Shown here in pieces: positions 39,223 to 49,560 of a DNA stretch of 55,307 bases (position 1 is the first letter of the stretch; each line of letters begins with the position of its first letter). The stretch is taken from contig JAISME010000022.1 in NCBI GenBank assembly GCA_031276915.1, positions 1-55,307 of the forward strand, written 5' to 3'. Source of the DNA: Zoogloeaceae bacterium. GTDB taxonomy: Bacteria; Pseudomonadota; Gammaproteobacteria; Burkholderiales; Rhodocyclaceae. The position numbers were made by a program, and so were the translations under genes. The notes beneath the pieces were generated by a model. That model searched no databases, was not told the origin of the DNA, and saw only the letters and a program-made list of their open reading frames with translations.

Positions 39223-40334
39223 GCGCGCCTTCCCGCGCTGGATTTGTCGGACACGCCACCGTTCTTGAGCAACCAGTCGAAACTTTCCGGATTGCGGGTG
39301 AGGGGGCGCACGAGTTCGCCGGCGACAAGCTTGTCCCCCGCCAGTTGCGCCAGCGACTGGTCATAGGTCTGCATTCCCAGGCTCGCGCCGGATTCGATTG
39401 CCGAGTAGAGCTGCGCGGTACGGGCCGAGGCGATGAGATTCGTCACCGCGGGAGTGCCGCGCAGCACTTCCACCGCGGGCACGCGGCCCTTCTGGTCGGC
39501 GCGCGGCAGAAGCTGCTGCGCCACCACCGCCTTGATGACGAGGGAGAACCGGTGACGCGCCAGCTCCTGTTCCTCGCCGGGAAAGGCGCCGATGAAACGC
39601 TCCACCGCGCCTACCGCGTCGCCGGTATGCAGTGTGGAAAAAACGAGGTGGCCGGTTTCGGCGGCGATGAGCGCCGCGCGCATGGTTTCGGTGTCACGCA
39701 GTTCGCCCACCAGGATCACGTCCGGGTCCTCGCGCATGGCGGCGCGTACGGCGAGCGCGAAATCCGGGGTGTCCGTGCCCAGTTCCCGGTGGCTCACGAG
39801 GCTTTTGATCGACGCGTGCACGAACTCCACCGGGTCCTCGATGGTGAGAATGTGGCGCGCCATGTTGGCGTTGATTTCGTGGATCAGTGTGGCGAGCGTG
39901 GTGCTCTTGCCACTGCCGGTGACACCGGTGACGAGCACGAGACCGGAAGGCAGGTAGGCGAGCTCCCTGAGTGTTGGTGGCAGCAGGAGTTCGGCAAGGC
40001 TCGCGAAATGATCCGGCAGGTGACGGGCGACGAGTGCGAGATGCCCGAGCGACCGGAAGAAATTGATGCGGTAACGATGACCGCTCTGCGAACTGTGTCC
40101 CAGGTCCGCGCTGCCGGAATTCTCCAGCGCTTCGCGGCGCAGGGGGTCGAGGAGGCGCGCGGCCAGCGCATCCATGTCGGCGTCGCTCCAGCGCCGCGCG
40201 TCGCAAACCTCGAGTTCGCCATGCGAGCGCCAGTGCGCCGCCCGTCCGGCGGCCAGGTGGAGGTCGGATGCCCCGGAGGACGGCAACGTGTCCAGGAGCC
40301 GGCAAAAGGCGTCGAGCGCGGGATCAGATGGCAA
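39219..40334 (-). CDS. PilT/PilU-family retraction ATPase
   Basis: ASDLHL, TGSGKSTT, EDPVE, REDPD, AETGHLVFSTLHT, GMQTYD. Confidence 0.92.
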   Translation of the reverse strand: MPSDPALDAFCRLLDTLPSSGASDLHLAAGRAAHWRSHGELEVCDARRWSDADMDALAARLLDPLRREALENSGSADLGHSSQSGHRYRINFFRSLGHLALVARHLPDHFASLAELLLPPTLRELAYLPSGLVLVTGVTGSGKSTTLATLIHEINANMARHILTIEDPVEFVHASIKSLVSHRELGTDTPDFALAVRAAMREDPDVILVGELRDTETMRAALIAAETGHLVFSTLHTGDAVGAVERFIGAFPGEEQELARHRFSLVIKAVVAQQLLPRADQKGRVPAVEVLRGTPAVTNLIASARTAQLYSAIESGASLGMQTYDQSLAQLAGDKLVAGELVRPLTRNPESFDWLLKNGGVSDKSSAGRRA

Positions 40335-41049
40335 GACGGATCTCCACTTCCAGCCATTGCCGGGGCGTCGCGTTCAATTCGCCCTGCGCGTCCTGTCGCC
40401 GCCGCCTGTCCATCCTGACCTGGATGTTGCTCCATACTGGCGCGGCGATGAAGGTGAGATTGCCAAGTCCGTCGAGGAACTGCATGAGGCCGCGATAGCT
40501 GGCCCTGGCCCGGAGACTCAGCAACGGACGCTTGTAGGGGCTTGCCTGGCTGGCCTGTTTCAGGGCTTCCAGGCTCGGCGGGCGGCGATTGTCGCGCTGG
40601 TCGACGTGTTCGATGGCGACGACCTCCATGTCGCCGCTTTCGGCCAGCCGGGCGATTTCCGATTTCAGGACCTGCAGGCTTTCCAGGTCATCGAGCGGCA
40701 TGAAGCGCGCTGTCAGCCGCTCCAGCTCCGCCTCCTGCCTGGCGAGCGCCTCCTGCGCCCGGGCGAGATCCTGCTGCGTTTCCTGGATGTTGAGATTCTC
40801 CAGCTTGATCGTCGGCGCGCCGACGCGGTCCGCCTTCTTGCGCTTGTTCAGCTTTTCCTCTTTGTAGAGCAGATCGCCCAGTTGCTTGTTGCCCGGATAC
40901 CAGAACAGGCTGCCGTAGAAAATGGCGATCAGCGCGCAGCACGCGCCTGCCAGTTGATGACGCTCGGCAATGGAAAACCGCCCCCAGAAAGCCCTGATCC
41001 GGGCGGACCACTGGTCGATGGGCAGCGTCTTGGTCCGGAGTGGCTCCAT
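40324..41049 (-). CDS. PilO/GspM-like inner-membrane assembly protein
   Basis: N-terminal TM, coiled coil, ASYRGLMQFLDGL motif; upstream of the pilT/pilB-like genes. Confidence 0.6.
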   Translation of the reverse strand: MEPLRTKTLPIDQWSARIRAFWGRFSIAERHQLAGACCALIAIFYGSLFWYPGNKQLGDLLYKEEKLNKRKKADRVGAPTIKLENLNIQETQQDLARAQEALARQEAELERLTARFMPLDDLESLQVLKSEIARLAESGDMEVVAIEHVDQRDNRRPPSLEALKQASQASPYKRPLLSLRARASYRGLMQFLDGLGNLTFIAAPVWSNIQVRMDRRRRQDAQGELNATPRQWLEVEIRLAI

Positions 41050-41290
41050 CCGGCGCTATCCGGAAATATTAATGATAATCATCCTCGAATGATAGCGCCA
41101 GGCAGGATCATCCGTCAAACAGGCGCATGTTTTGTCTGCCGGCGCAACGCATGGGAAAACGATCGGCATGTCCAGCATGTTTTGATGCAAGAAAGGCGGT
41201 GAATGAGGGTATATTTCTGCTATATTCTCTCGCCATTCGGTCTTGTTTGTGCTTGATCGATTGATTCGAGATTGTCTGGAGAAATGTTTC

Positions 41291-42241
41291 ATGGTCACAA
41301 TTGTCGTTACTGAAATCCTGGGCAGCGGGCGTCTGGTGGGACGACAACTCGGCGCGAAGGAGGTCCGGTACACAATGGACCGGTATTTCAAACGGATCGA
41401 GATGGTCGGGGCCAGTTTCCGGGGTTCTGTGAATGAAATAGAACAAAACCAGATTGACTTGACATTTCCAACGCTTTCCGAGGCGGGTCTGGCCGCCATC
41501 GAGATCCAGTATCGTATCAGCAGCCTGCCGCCCGTTTCCGGCGTGCGCCTGAATGTTCGCATCGGAATCCACATGGCGGAAACCGAGACAGACGCGCGGA
41601 ACGTGGCCATCCAGCTCATGCAACTGGCCCTGCCGGAACAGATCCTGTGCGGACGGGAAATTCTGCTCGACCAGGCGCAAGGCATTGGCGTCAGCATGCG
41701 CGATCTGCACCAGACCCGGCTGGCGGACGGCAAGGAGTTCCAGGTGGTCGAAGTGCTCTGGCGCGAGGACAGGATGCCGGTATCGTTGACGACGACTTCC
41801 GTTCTTTCCCACGCCGAACAGGACAAGGAGGGCGCGAAATCCGACGACAGCGCCCTTTCCGCCATTGATCTTGGCGGCAGCATGCCCGATCTGGTCCTGC
41901 CGAACGCGAAACTCAAGAACAAGCTGTGCGTCCGTTATCAGGGCAAGGCATTCCTGCTCGATGAAAAGACGCCTTTTTTCACCCTGGGTCGGGATCAAAG
42001 CAACGATCTGGTCATCCATGACAGCCGGGTGTCCCGGCAACATGCCCGCATCGAGCGCAAGGATGACCGCTATTATCTGGTAGACATGAGCACCAATGGC
42101 ACCTTCGTCGCCATTGGAAATGGTCCCGAAGCCTTCCTGCGCAAGGGGAGGCTGCTCCTGGAAGGGCACGGTATCCTGGGTTTCGCCAGTTCCGTCAGCC
42201 GGGAAGACGAAACCAAGCGCGTGGAATACGAATTCCTTTGA
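41291..42241 (+). CDS. Degenerate class III cyclase domain fused to FHA
   Basis: LGRD..NDL..VSRQHA..DMSTNGT FHA motifs; N-terminal VRIGIH cyclase remnant. Confidence 0.8.
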   Translation: MVTIVVTEILGSGRLVGRQLGAKEVRYTMDRYFKRIEMVGASFRGSVNEIEQNQIDLTFPTLSEAGLAAIEIQYRISSLPPVSGVRLNVRIGIHMAETETDARNVAIQLMQLALPEQILCGREILLDQAQGIGVSMRDLHQTRLADGKEFQVVEVLWREDRMPVSLTTTSVLSHAEQDKEGAKSDDSALSAIDLGGSMPDLVLPNAKLKNKLCVRYQGKAFLLDEKTPFFTLGRDQSNDLVIHDSRVSRQHARIERKDDRYYLVDMSTNGTFVAIGNGPEAFLRKGRLLLEGHGILGFASSVSREDETKRVEYEFL

Positions 42242-42900
42242 TGACGCTCCGGAGCGCCGAAAACAGAATCCATGTTGCTGGTCCCGCCGGGCGGATCGAG
42301 GTTTTGCAGGATGCGCCGGCGGACGATGGGAAATGGCGCGGTATCGCCCTGGTGGCGCATCCACATCCGATCGGTGGCGGCACGAACACCAACAAGGTTG
42401 CGCATACGCTGGCGAAAATCCTGTCTGGGCTGGGCTACATCGCCTTGCGGCCCAACTTTCGCGGCGTTGGCGAAACGGAGGGCGCGCACGACGAGGGCAA
42501 CGGCGAAACGGAGGATTTGCTCGCCGTGCTGCAGGACGCAAGGCGCCGTTTCGGCAATCTGCCCGTCGCGCTCGCCGGTTTTTCCTTCGGAGCCTATTGC
42601 CAGACCCGTGTCGCCCGGCATCTGTCCGAACAGGGGCAACCTGCGGAACGCCTGATTCTGGTGGGGACTGCCGCCGGTTTCGTCGGCGAGGGGCGGGAGC
42701 GCCGTGTTTACGACACTCGCCCCGTTCCGCCGGACACGATCGTGATCCATGGCGCGCGGGATGTCACCGTGCCGCTCGCCAGCGTGCTTGCCTGGGCGGA
42801 ACCGCAGGAACTGCCGGTCATCGTCGTGCCGGGCGCGGACCATTTCTTCCATCGCCGCCTGCACGTTATCCGCGCCATCGTTACCCGCGCGTGGCGATGA
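42238..42900 (+). CDS. Alpha/beta hydrolase
   Basis: HPHP..GG, NFRGVG, GFSFG, HG..D, ADHFF. Confidence 0.9.
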   Translation: MMTLRSAENRIHVAGPAGRIEVLQDAPADDGKWRGIALVAHPHPIGGGTNTNKVAHTLAKILSGLGYIALRPNFRGVGETEGAHDEGNGETEDLLAVLQDARRRFGNLPVALAGFSFGAYCQTRVARHLSEQGQPAERLILVGTAAGFVGEGRERRVYDTRPVPPDTIVIHGARDVTVPLASVLAWAEPQELPVIVVPGADHFFHRRLHVIRAIVTRAWR

Positions 42901-42925
42901 ACGGAATTCTTCCGGCATTTCCTCC

Positions 42926-43876
42926 ATGAATGCTTCCGCCCTTTCCGCGCTGCCCCTGCGCGTGGATTGCCTCCGGAAAAGTTATGCCGGGAGCGTGGTG
43001 GTGGATGATCTTTCCTTCGCGCTCGAACCCGGCGTCTGTTTTGGTCTTCTGGGGCCGAACGGCGCGGGCAAGACGACTACCCTGAAACTGTGCCTTGGCC
43101 TGGCGAAGCCGGATGCGGGCGTGATCGTTCTGGCGGGTGAGCCCATCCCCGTGCGGGCACAGGCGGCGCGCGCCCGCGTGGGCGTGGTGCCGCAGTTCGA
43201 CAATCTCGATCCCGATTTCACCGTTGCCGAGAACCTGATCGTGTTTGGTCGCTATTTTGGCCTTGCCGGCGCCGCGATCGAGGCGCGCATTCCCTGGTTG
43301 CTGGAATTTTCCGGTCTTGCCCGCAAGCGGGACGCCCGCATTTCCACGCTTTCAGGCGGCATGAAGCGCCGCCTGACCCTGGCGCGCGCCCTGGTAAACG
43401 ATCCCGACATCGTTTTCCTGGACGAGCCGACGACCGGGCTCGACCCGCAGGCGCGCCGCCTCATATGGGAACGTCTGAAACAATTGAAGCACAAGGGGAA
43501 AACCCTGCTGCTCACCACCCATTTCATGGAGGAAGCCGAGCGCCTGTGTGACACCCTCATGATTGTCGACCAGGGCAGGAAGATTTCCGGGGGAAGTCCG
43601 CGCGCGCTCATTGAACGCCATATCGAACCGCAGGTCGTTGAAGTCTGTGACGAAACGCCGGGAAGCCTGGCGGGCTTGATGGCCGACAGTGGCCTGGCGG
43701 GGCACGGGTTGCGCGTGGAGGAAAGCGGCGGAACCGTTTTCCTCCATGGCGCGTCCGGGGTTGTGCAGCCGTTCGCCGCGCGTCTTGCTGCGATTCCGGG
43801 TTTGCGCACCGTGCATCGCGCCGCCAACCTGGAGGACGTATTCATCCGGCTTACCGGACGGGAACTGCGCGATTGA
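42926..43876 (+). CDS. NodI-like ABC transporter ATPase
   Basis: [37 protein letters not shown]. Confidence 0.9.
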   Translation: MNASALSALPLRVDCLRKSYAGSVVVDDLSFALEPGVCFGLLGPNGAGKTTTLKLCLGLAKPDAGVIVLAGEPIPVRAQAARARVGVVPQFDNLDPDFTVAENLIVFGRYFGLAGAAIEARIPWLLEFSGLARKRDARISTLSGGMKRRLTLARALVNDPDIVFLDEPTTGLDPQARRLIWERLKQLKHKGKTLLLTTHFMEEAERLCDTLMIVDQGRKISGGSPRALIERHIEPQVVEVCDETPGSLAGLMADSGLAGHGLRVEESGGTVFLHGASGVVQPFAARLAAIPGLRTVHRAANLEDVFIRLTGRELRD

Positions 43877-44041
43877 CGCGGGCCTTGTGTCGTTTGTCAC
43901 GGTTTTGCTTCCAAAATCGGCTTTTAATTGTGATAATCACATGCCTTTCGGCGTTTCCATTCACGGAAACCGGAAAACAGCAAAAAAATGAAAGAACGCT
44001 GAAATCATACCGAGTGGCGACTGTTTCATAACAAGGAGGTT

Positions 44042-45928
44042 TTGTTGTTCAATTTCAAGAAGACGCTGAACTCCAAGGCATCCGCGTTTTTTTTCCTCAT
44101 CACGGTATCCCTGATCGTCATTCTGGCGAGCCTTGGTCTTTACGCTTTTTACAAGTTTTCCACCAGCACCGCGATGTCGCATGTGCGCACGGCGGCGGAA
44201 ATCATCAAGGTGCATCTTACCGAAGCCATGGCTTCCGGCACGATCAGCCAGCGCCAGCAATTTCTCCAGCGTTTGAACGAGGTCCGGGATTTGCGCAGCA
44301 CCCGTGTCGTGCGCGCGCCTGTCATTGACGAACAGTTTGGCAAGGTCGCCAAGGGCGAATTCCAGCCCGATGAAATCGAAAAGGGCGTATTGCGGAGTGG
44401 AGAACCTTTTTTCGGGCTTACCGAGGGCAATGGCGAGCTGATTTTCCGGGGCACGATTCCCTATATCGCCACGACGAGCGGTTTTCCGGATTGTCTCCAG
44501 TGCCATCTGGCCAAGCAGGGCGACGTTTTGGGCGCGGTGACGATGACCATGTCCGTGGAGAGCCTGCGCCATGACGCCATCCTGACCGTGATTGGCATCA
44601 TCGGCACGGTCGCCGTGTTTATGCTGCTCCTGTTCGTGTTGCTGAGTTATCTTCTGCATCCGATCTCCAATACCGCCGCCGCCGTGGAAAAATCCGTGCG
44701 GGAAGCGTTGAGTGGCAATTTCAAGAGCCACATCGAGAAACAGACCAATGATGAAATCGGCCAGATCGCCGATGACATGAACCGGCTCCTGAACTTTCTG
44801 GATAGCGGTCTGGGCAGTATCAACAACCATATCGCCCAATTGACCGAGCGCAAGCCGGAAATCGGCGAAAACCTGCTGGAAGCCACCATCGGCATGGTGC
44901 AGCATCTGACGCAGATTTCGCATTACAAGCTCGCCATCGAGGAGGATGAATCCAAGATCGATATTTACCGGCGGCTTTTGAGCGTTCTGCAGGACAAGTT
45001 CGGCGAGACCGAGAACTCCGTCTATGAAATCGCCCACGAAAAGAACGAGATTCGGACGATCATCGTCAATAATGAACTGAACGCGTTCTGCCGCTGGTGC
45101 GATTCGCGCATCGCGTCCTATCCGGCCAGTTGTCGGGTATTTCATACCGGACGCATGGTCAACGGCCTGATCCAGCAGGACATCTGCTACAGTTTCCGGT
45201 CGCAGGCCACGGGGGACAACGTCAAGCGCCACCCGCTGTGTTTTCCGATTCTCCAGTCCGGTTCCGTGGGCAGTATCCTGCAACTGGTCGTGAAGGACAC
45301 GGACAAGGGGAGTATCCAGACGGCGCTCCCCTATATCCAGACATACCTGCGCGAGACCGCCCCGGTGCTGGAAGCGCGGCGGCTCATGGAAACCCTGCGC
45401 GAATCCTCGCTCCGGGACCCGATGACGGGCCTCAACAACCGGCGCTTCCTGGAGGAATACATCGATACGCTGGTTGCCAACGTGCGCCGCAAACAGGCGA
45501 CCCTGACCGTGCTGATGCTGGACCTTGACCATTTCAAGATGGTCAATGACACATACGGCCATGACGCGGGCGATACGCTTCTGAAGGAACTGGCGGCGGT
45601 CATGAAGCGCAACGTGCGGGCTTCCGACATCACCATTCGCTATGGCGGCGAGGAATTCCTGATTGTCTTGCAGGATACCGCCGGCAAGGAGGCGGAATTC
45701 GTGGCGGAAACCATCCGCGCTTCCGTGGAAAAGATGCGAATCAATTATGGCGGCATCGTCCTGCAAAAGACGATTTCCATCGGCATGGCTGATTTTCCGG
45801 GCGACAGCGACACTTTCTGGCAGGTCGTCAAGTATGCCGATATAGCGCTCTACCAGGCCAAGGAGACGGGGCGCAACCGCGTGGTGCGTTACACCAAGGA
45901 ACTGGGGCAGGAAGCCGCCACGATCTGA
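44042..45928 (+). CDS. Diguanylate cyclase with CxxCH periplasmic domain and HAMP
   Basis: Two TMs, CLQCH, DEIG, RASD I-site, GGEEF. Confidence 0.9.
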   Translation: MLFNFKKTLNSKASAFFFLITVSLIVILASLGLYAFYKFSTSTAMSHVRTAAEIIKVHLTEAMASGTISQRQQFLQRLNEVRDLRSTRVVRAPVIDEQFGKVAKGEFQPDEIEKGVLRSGEPFFGLTEGNGELIFRGTIPYIATTSGFPDCLQCHLAKQGDVLGAVTMTMSVESLRHDAILTVIGIIGTVAVFMLLLFVLLSYLLHPISNTAAAVEKSVREALSGNFKSHIEKQTNDEIGQIADDMNRLLNFLDSGLGSINNHIAQLTERKPEIGENLLEATIGMVQHLTQISHYKLAIEEDESKIDIYRRLLSVLQDKFGETENSVYEIAHEKNEIRTIIVNNELNAFCRWCDSRIASYPASCRVFHTGRMVNGLIQQDICYSFRSQATGDNVKRHPLCFPILQSGSVGSILQLVVKDTDKGSIQTALPYIQTYLRETAPVLEARRLMETLRESSLRDPMTGLNNRRFLEEYIDTLVANVRRKQATLTVLMLDLDHFKMVNDTYGHDAGDTLLKELAAVMKRNVRASDITIRYGGEEFLIVLQDTAGKEAEFVAETIRASVEKMRINYGGIVLQKTISIGMADFPGDSDTFWQVVKYADIALYQAKETGRNRVVRYTKELGQEAATI

Positions 45929-45975
45929 AACCGCGTTTCGGGAAATGGCGAGCCGCGAACAGGCAACGCCTGTGA

Positions 45976-46620
45976 TTACGCCGCGTCATACAGGCGCCGG
46001 AGTTCTCCGATCGGGAAATCCAGCGCGCGGCGCGCGAGGGAGCGGCGCAGATGCCGGAAATTGCGGTGAATGCGCCAGGGGCCGAGCGGACGACGGAAGC
46101 ATTCGAGGTCGAGAATGTCGATGAGGCCGAAATGCCGGGCGTCTTCCGTTTGTCCCGGATCCAGGGCCAGGATGTTGCCCAGATGCAGCGAACGGAAATA
46201 GATGCCACCCACATGGAGTGTCCGGATGAAGCGGGCAAGGTCGGGCAGCAGCAAAGGGATGGCGGCGGGATCTTGCCGCAACAGGCGTTCCAGCGAAATT
46301 CCCGGCAGCGGGCGGTAAAGGCAGGCGGAAAGTCCCCGCGACTGGTCGAGCCAGAGGCATTCGGTCACTTCCGGCGCGAAGATGCCGCGCGCCCGCAGGG
46401 CTTTTGCGTTCCGGGCGAACCGCAGGGCCGGCGGGCGCAGGCGCGTTTGCCAAGCCGGGCGGCGCGTGTGGAAAATCTTGAGGAAAAGACCCTCCCCTTC
46501 CCCTTCCAGCATCACGACTTTGGGGCCACGCCCATCCCGCTCCAGCGTTTCGCCCGTGGCGATCCAGTCTTCCAATTCCTGTGCGGGAACGGCGCGCATG
46601 GCGTCCTCAGTGCGCCGCAT
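45976..46620 (-). CDS. Kdo/WaaP-like LPS kinase-fold protein
   Basis: FLKIF, YFRSLHLGNIL, FGLID. Confidence 0.7.
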   Translation of the reverse strand: MRRTEDAMRAVPAQELEDWIATGETLERDGRGPKVVMLEGEGEGLFLKIFHTRRPAWQTRLRPPALRFARNAKALRARGIFAPEVTECLWLDQSRGLSACLYRPLPGISLERLLRQDPAAIPLLLPDLARFIRTLHVGGIYFRSLHLGNILALDPGQTEDARHFGLIDILDLECFRRPLGPWRIHRNFRHLRRSLARRALDFPIGELRRLYDAA

Positions 46621-49375
46621 TCCAGTTCGCGCCCGTGCCGATTTCCACCGCCAGCGGCGTCCCGAGAGAGGCTACGCCGGTCATCAGGCGGGGAAGATGC
46701 GCGCGGACAAGGGAAAGCTCGGAGTCCGGCGTTTCCAGCACCAGTTCATCGTGTACCTGGAGGATGATGCGGCTCTTCAGCGCATTCCGGTCCAGCCAGT
46801 CCTGCACGGCGATCATGGCGAGCTTGACGAGGTCCGCGGCTGTGCCCTGCATGGGCGCGTTGATGGCGGCGCGTTCGGCGCCCTGGCGACGGGCGGCGTT
46901 GTGACTCTGGATTTCCGGCAGCGCCAGGCGGCGACCGAACACGGTTTCCACGTACCCGAGCGTCCGCGCCTTTTCCCGGATCGCGTCCATGTAGCGGGCA
47001 ACGCCGGGATACCGGGCGAAATACCGTTCGATGTAGCGCTGGGCGTCCGTCCTGGAAATGCCCAGGTTTCTGGCGAGGCCGAAGGCGCTCATCCCGTAGA
47101 TGAGGCCGAAATTGATGGTCTTGGCGACGCGCCGCTGGTCCGCGCCCACTTCGAGCGGCGAAATGCCGAAAATTTCCGTTGCCGTGGCGCGGTGAACGTC
47201 CTCGCCCGCCGCGAAGGCCGCGAGCAGGCGGGTATCCCCCGAAAGATGCGCCATGATTCGCAGTTCGATCTGCGAATAGTCGGCGGAGACGATCTTCGTT
47301 TCCGGCGGCGCGATGAAGGCGGCGCGGATGCGACGGCCTTCCTCGGTGCGTACCGGGATGTTCTGGAGATTGGGATCGGAAGAGGCGAGCCGTCCAGTGA
47401 CGGCGGTCGCCTGCGAAAAGTGCGCGTGCACCCGTCCGGTCAGGGGGGAAATCATGCGCGGCAGCTTGTCCGTGTAGGTGCTCTTGAGCTTGGAGAGCGC
47501 GCGATGCTCCAGCAGGAGTTTCGGCAGCGGATAGTCGGGCGCCAGTTCCGTCAGCACTTCCTCGTCGGTGGAAGGCGCGCCGCCGGGTGTTTTTTTCTTG
47601 ACGGGCAGCCCGAGTCGCGTAAACAGGATGTTCGCCAGTTGCGGGGGGGAAGCCAGGTTGAACGGCTGCCCGGCCAATGTGTAGGCTTCTTCTTCCAGCG
47701 CCAGGATTTTCTGCCCGAGCGTGCGGCTTTGCGCCTGCAGGAGGGCGGCGTCGATCAGGACGCCCGTGCGTTCCATCCTGTAGAGGGTTTCACGGACCGG
47801 CAGTTCGATGTCCGTGTAGATGCGCCTGAACCCCGGTTCGTTCAGGATGCGGGGCGACAGGGTCTCGTGCAACCGCAGGGTGATGTCCGCGTCCTCGGCG
47901 GCGTAGGCGGCGGCCTTGTCGATTTCCGTCTCGGCGAAGCCGATCTGCCTTGCGCCCTTGCCGCAGAGCTCCGCGTAGGAAATGACGCGGATACCCAGGT
48001 GCCGGGCCGCGAGCCTGTCCATGTCGTGCTCCCGGTGAGATTCCAGCACATAGGATTCCAGCAGCGTGTCGTGCGCGACACCGCGCAACTGGATGCCGTG
48101 GTTGGCAAGGATGTGTTGATCGTACTTGATGTTCTGCCCCACCTTCGCGTGCGCGGCTGATTCCAGCCAGGGCTTCAGGCGGGCGAGGACTTCATCCAGG
48201 GGAAGCTGCGCCACGCCCGCCTGCACGTCCGGTCCCTGATGGGCAAGCGGGATGTAGCAGGCCGCGCCGGGCGTGACGGCTAGCGAGAGGCCGACAATGC
48301 GGGCCGAACGGAAGTCGAGGCTCGTCGTTTCCGTATCCACGGCGGTCAGCGGCGCGGCGTTGACGCGGGCGAGCCAGGCCGCGAACGCGGGCCAATCCTG
48401 GACGGTTTCGTAGCGCGCGCGATGCGCGCCATCTTCCCGCAAGGGCGGCGGCGGCGCGACTTCGGGAACGCTGGGCACCACGGCGGGAACGCTGGACACC
48501 GCGGGCGCGCTGTGTTTTTCCGGTGTGCTGGCGGCATCCGTTTCCCTGTGCCAGGCGTGGAATTCAAAGCGTTCGTAAAGTGTCTGCAAAGCCGCCGCGT
48601 CCGGTGTTTTCGGAATGAGCTCCGCCGGTTCAGGCAATGCTTCCACCGCGCACTGGATCGTCACGAGCTTTTTCCCGAGCGGCAGGAAATCGAGATGCGC
48701 GCGCAGGTTTTCCCCCACCGCGCCCTTGATCTCCGCGGCATGCGCGACGATGGCCTCAAGGCTGCCGTATTCGGAAAGCCATTTGACCGCCGTCTTCGGA
48801 CCGCATTTTTTCACGCCGGGCACGTTATCCACGGTGTCGCCCACGAGCGCGAGGTAATCGACGATGCGCGCGGGCGGAATGCCGAACTTGGCGCGGACGC
48901 CTTCTTCATCCAGCGTTTCCCCGGTCATGGTATTGACGAGGCGCACACGCGCATTGACGAGCTGCGCCATGTCCTTGTCGCCGGTGGAAATGATGGTGTC
49001 GATGCCGGCCACTGTCGACCTGGCGGCGAGCGTGCCGATCACGTCATCGGCCTCGACGCCCTCGACAATCAGGAGCGGCCAGCCTTCAGCCGCGACCGCC
49101 GCGTGAATCGGCGGAATCTGCAAGGCGAGGTCTTCCGGCATGGGCGACCGCTGCGCCTTGTAGTCGGGATACCAGTCGTTGCGAAAGGTTTTTCCCTTCG
49201 CGTCGAACACCACGGCCTTGTAGTCCGCCCTGCAATCGGCATCGAGCCGCCGCAGCATCGACAGTACGCCGCGTATGGCGCCAGTGGGAAAACCCGCGCT
49301 GGTGCGCAGGTCGGGCATGGCGTGAAAGGCGCGGTACAGATAGGACGATCCGTCTACGAGCAGGAGCAGGGGCAT
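46607..49375 (-). CDS. polA: DNA polymerase I
   Basis: LVDGSSYLYRAFHA, DTETT, DYSQIELR, KTINFGLIYG, QVHDEL. Confidence 0.97.
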   Translation of the reverse strand: MPLLLLVDGSSYLYRAFHAMPDLRTSAGFPTGAIRGVLSMLRRLDADCRADYKAVVFDAKGKTFRNDWYPDYKAQRSPMPEDLALQIPPIHAAVAAEGWPLLIVEGVEADDVIGTLAARSTVAGIDTIISTGDKDMAQLVNARVRLVNTMTGETLDEEGVRAKFGIPPARIVDYLALVGDTVDNVPGVKKCGPKTAVKWLSEYGSLEAIVAHAAEIKGAVGENLRAHLDFLPLGKKLVTIQCAVEALPEPAELIPKTPDAAALQTLYERFEFHAWHRETDAASTPEKHSAPAVSSVPAVVPSVPEVAPPPPLREDGAHRARYETVQDWPAFAAWLARVNAAPLTAVDTETTSLDFRSARIVGLSLAVTPGAACYIPLAHQGPDVQAGVAQLPLDEVLARLKPWLESAAHAKVGQNIKYDQHILANHGIQLRGVAHDTLLESYVLESHREHDMDRLAARHLGIRVISYAELCGKGARQIGFAETEIDKAAAYAAEDADITLRLHETLSPRILNEPGFRRIYTDIELPVRETLYRMERTGVLIDAALLQAQSRTLGQKILALEEEAYTLAGQPFNLASPPQLANILFTRLGLPVKKKTPGGAPSTDEEVLTELAPDYPLPKLLLEHRALSKLKSTYTDKLPRMISPLTGRVHAHFSQATAVTGRLASSDPNLQNIPVRTEEGRRIRAAFIAPPETKIVSADYSQIELRIMAHLSGDTRLLAAFAAGEDVHRATATEIFGISPLEVGADQRRVAKTINFGLIYGMSAFGLARNLGISRTDAQRYIERYFARYPGVARYMDAIREKARTLGYVETVFGRRLALPEIQSHNAARRQGAERAAINAPMQGTAADLVKLAMIAVQDWLDRNALKSRIILQVHDELVLETPDSELSLVRAHLPRLMTGVASLGTPLAVEIGTGANWNAAH

Positions 49376-49560
49376 GGCGACAACCGGCACAATATGCGAA
49401 ATGGAGAATGGGGACATCCGGCGCCATGGCCGAACGTGACGCAAACAGGTCTCGCATTATGTCAGAGTTTATCCTGCCGCGCGGATGGCTCGCGATCCAG
49501 CGCGCGGGCGGGGCCGGGTTCATCGGGAAACGAATTCCGGCTGGAAGGCCGGGGGTTCGG

